This document shows positions 17,902-25,105 of a stretch of 26,788 nt of DNA, piece after piece. The stretch comes from a virus. Taxonomy: Duplodnaviria; Caudoviricetes. The stretch lies in the IMG/VR virus record IMGVR_UViG_3300014202_000240, positions 1-26,788 of that record; one strand, 5' to 3'. The position numbers and the translations under genes were made by a program. Position 1 is the first letter of the stretch. The number at the start of each line of letters is the position of its first letter. The notes below the pieces were generated by a model, which saw only the letters and a list, made by a program, of their open reading frames with translations, made no database searches and was not told the origin of the DNA.

Positions 17902-19368
17902 TTATCTTCTTTTAGAAGGGCTGTAAATTGATTTTATTATATTAACCGCATCGTTAGATTGGTTATAGAATCTAGACCTATCTTTAATAAACCAGTCTTG
18001 TGAATTACCACTTAAACTATATCCTGCTGGGTAGGGATTTCTAGAAAAGTTAATAGTTTTAATCATATAGATTAACGCATCTGCTGCATCATAATGACCA
18101 TCATCTGGTGATCTACCAAAGTCATCTTTACTTACTGAATCTTTCCATTTAGCATTCATTATATGCCGTATAAGAGTTACACATCTTGGATGTATTATAA
18201 TCTTACGATCTTTCAATAACATACGAATATTATTAATTATTGGGAGTTTGAATCCTCTTTCTTTTTTAACATTCGTAAAATATAACTTACCGCTAGAATG
18301 GTTATAAATTTCATTTGTTACTATGTGGTCAATATCTGAAACTCGCATAGAAGGTTTTCTAACTTCATTTGTTAGAATATTTAACCACAGCTCCTCTTCT
18401 ACTTTTAATATTTCTTCTGAAAATTCTTTTAATCTTAACTCTTTACCTTGCTTTACTACCTCAGCTTCTATAATTATCTTATCAGCTCTGAAATCATAGT
18501 AACCGAAAAGAACCACAGTTAAGTCTTTAAATCCTATATCCATAGAAACATAACAATCAAAGAATGGAGGTCTAGGATGTTCTTTAACTATTTCTTTTAT
18601 TAAATCCTCGTTAGCTTCAGGGAATACCGATTTACTCTCATTCTTAATGATTTCACACATATACTCACGTCTAAACTGAGGATCATTGACTCCTCCTACG
18701 AACTGAGCTGCAATCTTTACGATCTGTTCTTTAGTTAGTAGTGGGTTGTCGTGTACTGTTTTCTTTGTAAGTGTTTTATCTAATTCTGCTTTTTCTAAGA
18801 ACTTCATGAAATCATGATCTGAATCTTCTGGTGGAGTAGTAGCTAAAATGATTTTACCACCAGTATGTGTTGTGGTTGGTAATAGAATCGACATGACGTT
18901 ATAATCTAAGTTATTACAAAACGCTGCCTCATCAACCAATACCAAAGTTGACTTCTGTCCACGTAGTCTTTCTGCTGAGTTACCGTCCGATCCAGCTAAC
19001 TGTATTTGACTACCATTAGGGAAAGAGTATAGGAATAACGATGGGTTATATGTTGGTCTAACGTCTTTAGGGCAATCATTGTTATCAAAGATTTCTCTGA
19101 ACAAAGGTTCAAAGATTGTTTTAACGTGAAGTTTAGTATCGGTTAATAGTTTAATAATTGAGTTAGGAGTTTGAATTGCCTCCATGATACCAATCAAAGC
19201 CAAGTTAAAAGACTTACCAGACTGACGTGCAAGTAACCAAACTAGGATTGAATTGTCTTCTGCTTGTTTGTAAACCTCATACATCTCCTTTTGAACAGAG
19301 TGCATGATCCAAGATAGTTCTCCCCTTCTCCATAGTTCATGTCTGATTTCTTTTTTAGCTATTGTCAT
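17902..19368 (-). CDS. terL: Terminase large subunit
   Basis: Walker A ARQSGKS, Walker B VLVDEAA, motif III ATT, nuclease SMDIG and HYDAADA. Confidence 0.93.
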   Translation of the reverse strand: MTIAKKEIRHELWRRGELSWIMHSVQKEMYEVYKQAEDNSILVWLLARQSGKSFNLALIGIMEAIQTPNSIIKLLTDTKLHVKTIFEPLFREIFDNNDCPKDVRPTYNPSLFLYSFPNGSQIQLAGSDGNSAERLRGQKSTLVLVDEAAFCNNLDYNVMSILLPTTTHTGGKIILATTPPEDSDHDFMKFLEKAELDKTLTKKTVHDNPLLTKEQIVKIAAQFVGGVNDPQFRREYMCEIIKNESKSVFPEANEDLIKEIVKEHPRPPFFDCYVSMDIGFKDLTVVLFGYYDFRADKIIIEAEVVKQGKELRLKEFSEEILKVEEELWLNILTNEVRKPSMRVSDIDHIVTNEIYNHSSGKLYFTNVKKERGFKLPIINNIRMLLKDRKIIIHPRCVTLIRHIMNAKWKDSVSKDDFGRSPDDGHYDAADALIYMIKTINFSRNPYPAGYSLSGNSQDWFIKDRSRFYNQSNDAVNIIKSIYSPSKRR

Positions 19369-19820
19369 TATTGAGGGTCATTCCCCTCTTCTGCCATTAA
19401 AGCTAAGAGTTCTTCATTACTTAGACGCTTAGTAGGCTCTTCTTTCTCACCAACTTGTCCACGAATAAGTTTTAAAGTTTTAGTAAATATCTCAAATCTT
19501 TTAGTTTCATCTGATGTAAGTTCTCGATTTAACGATATACTCTTTAACATAGCCAATTGAACTACACAAATAGTTTCTTCATCTGAAGTGTCGAATTGTG
19601 AACTTGAATTAGGATTTAATGATTTCTGTGCGTTACTGACAGTAATCTCTTTTGCCATCCTCTCGACATCATCTCTAAGTTTATTATTCTCAGCCTTTAG
19701 CTTACTTATCTCTTTGGATTGGTTTAAAATAGTTTTATACTGAGCATCAGAGTATGCTTTTAGTTCATCTGCTGATGTAAACTTTGCTGACATTTTATCA
19801 ATAGAATCATTATCACTCAT
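19368..19820 (-). CDS. Possible terminase small subunit
   Basis: TAATG-coupled directly upstream of terL; helical, C-terminal LSNEELLAL. Confidence 0.5.
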   Translation of the reverse strand: MSDNDSIDKMSAKFTSADELKAYSDAQYKTILNQSKEISKLKAENNKLRDDVERMAKEITVSNAQKSLNPNSSSQFDTSDEETICVVQLAMLKSISLNRELTSDETKRFEIFTKTLKLIRGQVGEKEEPTKRLSNEELLALMAEEGNDPQ

Positions 19821-20122
19821 TAAAACCTCACGTTCTTAAATCCATCTCTTACTTTCAATGCAGTTAGATGTGTATTTAGTTGGTCTACTTTTTCAATTGT
19901 TTCTATTTTATGTTTAACATTTTCTTCTTCTATTTTTAACAGTGATTCTTTAATTGAGTTAAGTTCAATTTTAGATTCAATATATTCAAAAATAGTGTAG
20001 ATAGAACCAAATATCAATATGATACATACTGATTGGAAGTCTAACTGAGTAATTAATGATTTAATTGAGAATGATAAACACAAAAGACCAGACACTAGCT
20101 GTGCTATTTTACTAGAATTCAT
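19820..20122 (-). CDS. Two-TM membrane protein with coiled coil (holin-like candidate)
   Basis: Two hydrophobic N-terminal segments; adjacent to the M15 peptidase. Confidence 0.45.
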   Translation of the reverse strand: MNSSKIAQLVSGLLCLSFSIKSLITQLDFQSVCIILIFGSIYTIFEYIESKIELNSIKESLLKIEEENVKHKIETIEKVDQLNTHLTALKVRDGFKNVRF

Positions 20123-20222
20123 TGGACATCTCGAATGTATGAAGGTTGTTTATTGTACGTAAACCGCAAATAAAATATTGTGTTACGAAACACATTCGGC
20201 GTTGTTTTTCAAACCCTCGAAT

Positions 20223-20233
20223 ACAGTTGTTAA
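20223..20233 (-). promoter_or_regulatory. TTAACAACTGT motif, putative late promoter
   Basis: Immediately after the peptidase stop codon. Confidence 0.65.
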
Positions 20234-20677
20234 TTAATACTTCCATTCTCTTCTTCTCCCGTCGGAATTTAATCCTCTTGTGTCTAAATGTAAAAACGTA
20301 TCAGCCAATCCTATAGTTTGAAAGTTCTCTCTACAAACACCTAAAAACATCTCTCTAGATACCTTTTTAGGGTTAGCTATATCTACAGCATTGCCTAGTT
20401 CATGTTGTGATTTAATCTTCGCTACAACAGTATTAACTCCTGTGTTTCTAAGTAGTTCTTGGTACTTCTCGCATCTAAAAGCAGAAGTTACAGTCAAAGG
20501 ACACCCTAGTTCTAACCTAGTTAATTCAAGTCTATTCATCAAATCGTATGACATTCTTTGTGTTTTACAATCGTCGAAATCACATTTACATTCAAGTTCA
20601 TTAGATTTGAAGTGTTTAGTGATCTGGATGTTCTCACCCTTATCCCAAACGTAATACAATCTTTTTATATTGGACAT
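20234..20677 (-). CDS. Peptidase M15A family Zn peptidase, probable endolysin
   Basis: HFxxxELxCKC, TSAFRC, SQHELGNAVDI, FLHLDTR. Confidence 0.88.
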   Translation of the reverse strand: MSNIKRLYYVWDKGENIQITKHFKSNELECKCDFDDCKTQRMSYDLMNRLELTRLELGCPLTVTSAFRCEKYQELLRNTGVNTVVAKIKSQHELGNAVDIANPKKVSREMFLGVCRENFQTIGLADTFLHLDTRGLNSDGRRREWKY

Positions 20678-20940
20678 TATAGCTCCTTGTATATTCTATA
20701 GTAATTCAAGAATACTGGAACATTATTAACCTTACAGTATTCAAAGTAATCCTCGAATTGTTTCTTTAACGTAGGCTTTATATTCTCTAACTCTGAATAC
20801 TTTTCGAATAAGTCCTTTTCTGCAATAACTAATGTTTCTATATCCATATGTGGGTTTCTTATAACTTCGGCCAAATCATAGATATCAGACAAGATATTAT
20901 TTAAGGCTAATATATTACTATCACAAACTGGATTGTTCAT
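20677..20940 (-). CDS. Hypothetical protein
   Basis: 87 aa, coupled to its neighbours. Confidence 0.6.
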   Translation of the reverse strand: MNNPVCDSNILALNNILSDIYDLAEVIRNPHMDIETLVIAEKDLFEKYSELENIKPTLKKQFEDYFEYCKVNNVPVFLNYYRIYKEL

Positions 20941-21133
20941 CTCTGTCCTTCTTTCTAAGCTTACGCATATTAGATTTAGCTTTTAATGCTTGACAGTCCG
21001 GACAAGTTCTTCCATTCCACATACGATTGTGTTCATCAACCCATCGTTTGTTTCTATCATCAAACATACCATCTTGAGTTCTTGTTTTAATAACCTGACA
21101 TAATTTACAGGTAGCTAAGTTTGTTTCTTTCAT
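20921..21133 (-). CDS. Small zinc-finger protein
   Basis: CKLC...CPDC with a basic tail. Confidence 0.7.
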   Translation of the reverse strand: MKETNLATCKLCQVIKTRTQDGMFDDRNKRWVDEHNRMWNGRTCPDCQALKAKSNMRKLRKKDRDEQSSL

Positions 21134-21161
21134 AATACCTATGTGTTGTTTCTATATATAA

Positions 21162-21172
21162 ACAGTTGTTAA
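21162..21172 (-). promoter_or_regulatory. TTAACAACTGT motif, putative late promoter
   Basis: Overlaps the TAA of ORF 21169-21300. Confidence 0.65.
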
Positions 21173-21300
21173 CTATTTTCTGTTTTATTTTTATGTTTAA
21201 CCTTACGATTATAATCCTTCTTACTCCTCATCGTTGTATTAGGTTTATTTTGAATAGGTTTACGTGATTTCGGTAACTTAACTACAATCTTATTACTCAT
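21169..21300 (-). CDS. 43-aa basic peptide with ArfA-like motif, not in ORF track
   Basis: SD AAGGAG; MSNKIVVKLPKSRKPIQNKPNTTMRSKKDYNRKVKHKNKTENS. Confidence 0.7.
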   Translation of the reverse strand: MSNKIVVKLPKSRKPIQNKPNTTMRSKKDYNRKVKHKNKTENS

Positions 21301-21349
21301 AAACTAACTCCTTATAATTGTTCATATATTGAATTATTTTGCTTAACTT

Positions 21350-21360
21350 TTAACAACTGT
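21350..21360 (+). promoter_or_regulatory. TTAACAACTGT motif in inverted orientation
   Basis: Exact 11-mer on the plus strand, intergenic, with no plus-strand gene downstream. Confidence 0.55.
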
Positions 21361-21415
21361 AACCAAACGCCGGTAAGCTATTACTAATAAAGTATTATAC
21401 TACTAGTAATAGAGA

Positions 21416-21444
21416 AGTATAGTATATAAATTCTAATCTGTCAA
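21416..21444 (-). promoter_or_regulatory. Near-consensus sigma-70 promoter
   Basis: TTGACA(21444-21439)-N17-TATACT(21421-21416). Confidence 0.75.
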
Positions 21445-21546
21445 TAACTAATCTAAATTAACCGTTAAAACTATCAGTACATAGCAATTGAACTAGAGTT
21501 TTCTTTCAATTGCGACTTTATTACTTACTATACATCCGTATATCTA

Positions 21547-22086
21547 TCAGTACATAAGAGCTATTCCTTTATTACTTTTCTGTATTAGCTGTTTCGTTTC
21601 ATTATTACAAGCGTATACAGGATAGATGTACTTGCTAGTATAATTCTCTATTACGAAGGTATTAGCTTCTTTAATCGTATTGAATACTCCTACTGGCTTA
21701 TACTCATAACGTTTATTTACTAAGTATACGATTACATACTTACAGTCGTAAGTTACTCTTGTTACCACTTTATATTCTAGTGGCGGTCTTGTTTCTATAT
21801 ACTCTTTATATCCTAATTCTTTAAACTTGTCTTTCCAATACTGAACATGTAGTTTACGTGTTTCTATATCTTCCATTACTTCTAAAACTTCTATTTGAAG
21901 CTTATCAAAGTCTTTAATCATCTCTTTACATTTGAATGTACCTATGTCTAATTCTTTCAGAATAAGGTCTATTGCTGTTAAGAATCTACTAGTCTGACTG
22001 ATGTATATCTTTTTACTAGAATCGTTTCTAATGGCGTATATTACGCTTTTAGGAAGGTGTTTTAATTCGTTTAATAATGACCTCAT
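21547..22086 (-). CDS. Degenerate GIY-YIG nuclease-fold protein
   Basis: VIYAI...KIYISQT...IEVLE; SD GAGG. Confidence 0.55.
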   Translation of the reverse strand: MRSLLNELKHLPKSVIYAIRNDSSKKIYISQTSRFLTAIDLILKELDIGTFKCKEMIKDFDKLQIEVLEVMEDIETRKLHVQYWKDKFKELGYKEYIETRPPLEYKVVTRVTYDCKYVIVYLVNKRYEYKPVGVFNTIKEANTFVIENYTSKYIYPVYACNNETKQLIQKSNKGIALMY

Positions 22087-22192
22087 AATAGCCTCTTTAA
22101 CGGGTAGTAATAATACCTATACTAAGATATAGGATGGTGTAAAACAACGTAATACAAGCCTAATACAGAGCTTATAGAAGGGTTATACAAGC

Positions 22193-22203
22193 ATAGTTGT
22201 TAC
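22193..22203 (-). promoter_or_regulatory. Variant late motif GTAACAACTAT
   Basis: One mismatch to consensus, ~107 nt upstream of the GIY-YIG-like gene. Confidence 0.4.
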
Positions 22204-22364
22204 AATATTAAACTTGATATTAGTAAGTGAGTGTAATTAGGTAGGGTTAATGATTTTGTATATTTGAGAGGTGGTGAAGGTGAATGTTTCTATATTTAGA
22301 ATAGTTTATAGGATGTGTAGACCATGGACACCTTTGTCAGCTTTGATTGTCCCATACCCCCCTA

Positions 22365-22472
22365 ACACACACGCATTATACCCGCACGCAGGTTTTAACG
22401 CACACGCATACGCACAGGCGCACGCACCTACGCACACACACGCATCACGGGTATCTAACGCACGTACGCACG
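22365..22472. repeat. CGCA/CA alternating purine-pyrimidine low-complexity tract
   Basis: Twelve CGCA copies in ~100 nt within an AT-rich genome. Confidence 0.85.
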
Positions 22473-22547
22473 TTTCAACTATCTTTAAAACATCGCTTGA
22501 CCAACTATCAGGCACTTAGCTCTAAGCTATTGATATCTAATACGGTG

Positions 22548-22594
22548 GTGTCATAACGATACTGGATAGTGTCACATTGACTATACTGGTGTCA
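22548..22594 (+). repeat. Three GTGTCA direct repeats at 21/20-bp spacing
   Basis: Copies start at 22548, 22569, 22589. Confidence 0.7.
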
Positions 22595-22658
22595 TACTGC
22601 ACCTACGAGGTTTCAATGGGTTATACGATGTACTACGTGATTACGAGGGGTTATAGAG

Positions 22659-23096
22659 TTGGCATGGGCTATGCAATACCACTAAACAGAACGGTTGACG
22701 GTAACGTGTTGACTCAACGCACTTGATGCAATGAGTTGGCACGCTACTTGCTACAACCAAAACAGTGATTGACCACGATACAATGTAATTTTTACAACGT
22801 ATCTTGTGACATTACTGAACTGCTGGTAACATCAGTATGACGGTATCTGATAAGCTTAAATGATACGTAGCGGTCGTTATACGACGTGCTTAATATCTAG
22901 TAGCAATCGTGATTATGTCTGATAAGTTGGCACGCTATTTGAAATGTAAAAAACGAGATTCAACCGACAAGTAAAAACGAGTTGGCATGAATCTTGAAAC
23001 AAAGAAAAGCAGTAATGCTGACAAGCGAAAGTGAGTTGGCACGAATCTTGAAAAGGAATTTAAGAGATAAGCAATCAAGTTGGCATAGGAATTGCT
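22659..23096 (+). promoter_or_regulatory. Array of six sigma-54 (-24/-12) promoter-like sites
   Basis: TTGGCAY sites with GG-N10-G[CA] at 22659, 22736, 22927, 22982, 23036, 23080; the 22736 site TTGGCACGCTACTTGCT is perfect consensus. Confidence 0.8.
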
Positions 23097-23105
23097 AACA
23101 AGATT

Positions 23106-23486
23106 GTAGGTGAAATCGAACACCTTACCAAAAAATACGATAGACATTTATTAAAACTAACAACGTGTCCGATCGAGCCGTAAACTCGATAAGCGTTGCC
23201 CTAAGTCTAAGAAGTTCTCTCGGGGTCGGAGTATTGAGAAGAAGTGAGCACCAAATAGGTGTGAGCTGTATAAGAGCGTAGGAATCATATTAAGCAACTC
23301 CACGCACGTCCACTTATACAGTATTAAGCGAGTTACGTGTAGCCGCCTCTTGTAGTATTACGCTACAGTTGTGCCATGACCGCCTGACAAAAAATCAGGG
23401 ATAACCGCCGAACTCAGTATCGCTAAGGCGTGAACCATTAGGTTAGACGAACAGTCTTTAATTCCGAGATGATCGGGTACTGAGTA
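23106..23486 (+). ncRNA. Putative large structured RNA / early leader
   Basis: Raised GC, no convincing ORF, more than ten consecutive helices including a five-way junction. Confidence 0.6.
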
Positions 23487-23571
23487 GAACGAAACAGACA
23501 TTTAGCCCTAGGCGTAATGCGTCTAAGGGCTATCTGTTTGTCGATAGGTATGTGCCTATCCTGACGAGTTC
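23487..23571 (+). ncRNA. Type II hammerhead ribozyme, predicted cleavage after GUC at 23542
   Basis: Stem II GAAC/GTTC; GAAA 23491-94; stem III CAGACA/TGTTTG; UC 23541-42; stem I GATAGG/CCTATC; CTGACGA 23561-67. Confidence 0.9.
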
Positions 23572-23583
23572 AATGAGGTTTAT

Positions 23584-23796
23584 ATGAAATATAGAGATGT
23601 ATCTAAACCTAAAGTAAAAAAGCCTAAGTTAAAACAAATACATAGAGTAGTAATAGAGTCTGATGACATTGAGGTCATTGAAATGATTCTATCGAATTTA
23701 AAGTATATGTACGTGGATTATGAGGCAGATGAACTTGATTTAAAGATAAACAAAATTGTCGATAATCTTAATATAAAAACAATACAGAGGATATAA
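23584..23796 (+). CDS. First early hypothetical protein
   Basis: SD GAGG 23575-78. Confidence 0.75.
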   Translation: MKYRDVSKPKVKKPKLKQIHRVVIESDDIEVIEMILSNLKYMYVDYEADELDLKINKIVDNLNIKTIQRI

Positions 23797-23798
23797 TC

Positions 23799-24074
23799 AT
23801 GAATAAAATACCACGATTCCTACGATCTAAGCTTAATGCTGAGAGTAAAGCTAAACGAGCGTCTAAACGTGATACAATAACTTCTAGTTATATTGTGTCG
23901 GGTAACACTAAGGATGAGTTTGCTAAAGAGAATAAGGTTAAGAAGCACCATGGTAAGTGGAAAGAAGTTAGCCCTCTGCCTTTGAATAGGTCTGCGGTTG
24001 CTAGACATGCGTATCTTAAACGTAAGGCTAATGCTCCGAGTAAGGTTACTTGGACGTGTCCTGTGAGGTATTAA
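23799..24074 (+). CDS. Basic hypothetical protein
   Basis: SD GAGGA; K/R-rich. Confidence 0.65.
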   Translation: MNKIPRFLRSKLNAESKAKRASKRDTITSSYIVSGNTKDEFAKENKVKKHHGKWKEVSPLPLNRSAVARHAYLKRKANAPSKVTWTCPVRY

Positions 24075-24484
24075 TGTTATTTATTAATAAGTATAAGATT
24101 AAATGTAAAATTATTAAGGCTAATGGTTCTACCCAAATAGTAGAGTTATTAGAGCCTGTACGAGTGTATAAAAAAACTTATATGAATGGAACACCATATG
24201 TAACAGCTCTCTACATTCCAGAAGGTACTTGTATTCATTGTCCTGTCTGGTATAGAACTCTACTTATTGGTGACAAATGTAGAGCTGAGTATGCGATAGT
24301 TATAAGTAGCTACAACAAACGATATAAATCATACACGACTATATCTCGTAACTGTATAGGTAGGTTCACTCCTTATTTTAAAAATGATTTTGTTTTTCCT
24401 GATCGCTTTGATAAAAGTTTAGACATTTGTGCATCAGGTATTCATTTCTTTTTTAGCAAGGAAGAAGCAGAGGAGTACAGTTAA
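24074..24484 (+). CDS. DUF5758-like protein (start revised to 24074)
   Basis: LYIP...KCRAEYAIV...VFPDRFD...CASGIHFF..EEA; TAATG coupling and SD GAGG. Confidence 0.65.
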   Translation: MLFINKYKIKCKIIKANGSTQIVELLEPVRVYKKTYMNGTPYVTALYIPEGTCIHCPVWYRTLLIGDKCRAEYAIVISSYNKRYKSYTTISRNCIGRFTPYFKNDFVFPDRFDKSLDICASGIHFFFSKEEAEEYS

Positions 24485-24720
24485 TGGCATACGTTTATCG
24501 AACACGCTCTACTGCACGTTGTATATGTCAAGGCGGGTTTAATGATGATATATACATGTTTAGAACAGGTACTAGGTATTCGTTCACTGAGTATAACCAA
24601 GATGAGCAAACAGTTATATCTGAGATTAAAAGAATGTATAACACTAATATCTTTTATAAAACTCAACAACAATTAGATAGAGAAATGACACAATCAGGAG
24701 AGTCTAATGAAATACCTTAA
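24484..24720 (+). CDS. Hypothetical protein
   Basis: SD GAGGAG; TAATG coupling. Confidence 0.65.
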   Translation: MAYVYRTRSTARCICQGGFNDDIYMFRTGTRYSFTEYNQDEQTVISEIKRMYNTNIFYKTQQQLDREMTQSGESNEIP

Positions 24721-24874
24721 AGCTTTATTAAAGTATTGGTTTTGTGTTCATGAATGGAACACAATAAATCAAGGTAAGGTATTGGATTCACGCACTCTTG
24801 ATACTATTGGTAACTATTACGATCAAGAATGTTATAAGTGTAAAAAAATTAAACGAACAAAACTTATTATATAA
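24707..24874 (+). CDS. 55-aa CxH...CxxC zinc-ribbon protein, not in ORF track
   Basis: SD AGGAG; MKYLKALLKYWFCVHEW...QECYKCKKIKRTKLII. Confidence 0.75.
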   Translation: MKYLKALLKYWFCVHEWNTINQGKVLDSRTLDTIGNYYDQECYKCKKIKRTKLII

Positions 24875-24886
24875 TAGGAGAACTGT

Positions 24887-25105
24887 ATGGCAAAAGGTAG
24901 AAAGAAAGTATTCCCTAAAGCTCCCATCCCTTTTAACTCTAGGTTAGAACACACCCTAGGTAAGAACTCTAACAAACACTTAGATGTTCAGCGTCTAGCT
25001 TTATATTATTACATAGACTTAGACAATCGTGATGAGAAACGTAGGGTAGACAACACTCTTAAAAGTTTAAGACGCACAATCAATAAACTTAAAGGGAGAG
25101 TATAA
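24887..25105 (+). CDS. Basic hypothetical protein
   Basis: SD AGGAG. Confidence 0.7.
   Translation: MAKGRKKVFPKAPIPFNSRLEHTLGKNSNKHLDVQRLALYYYIDLDNRDEKRRVDNTLKSLRRTINKLKGRV

Noticed and set aside
2608-20654. Plus-strand track ORFs opposite late genes, and nested 8191-8424
   Set aside because: Shadow frames of well-supported genes
22271-22556. Three overlapping track ORFs (HAHA/THTH/CACA-rich)
   Set aside because: Translations of the low-complexity CGCA tract; no SD
22847-23030. CTGATAAG/CTGACAAG...GAAA as additional hammerhead cores
   Set aside because: G8 is replaced by A without a compensating C3 change, and the three stems cannot be built
22927-23096. Repeat array as a mini-CRISPR
   Set aside because: Short degenerate repeats, irregular spacing, related spacers, no cas genes; the -24/-12 pattern explains it better
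22935-23147. Minus-strand 70-aa ORF with SRFxPTxF repeats
   Set aside because: Antisense reading of the promoter repeats
23190-23346. Pistol-like (TAAGCGTTG, GCCCTAAG) and twister-like fragments
   Set aside because: Elements out of order; required pseudoknots not found
23106-23486. tRNA, tmRNA or intron identity for the structured RNA
   Set aside because: No T-loop/CCA cloverleaf and no recognisable group I or II core
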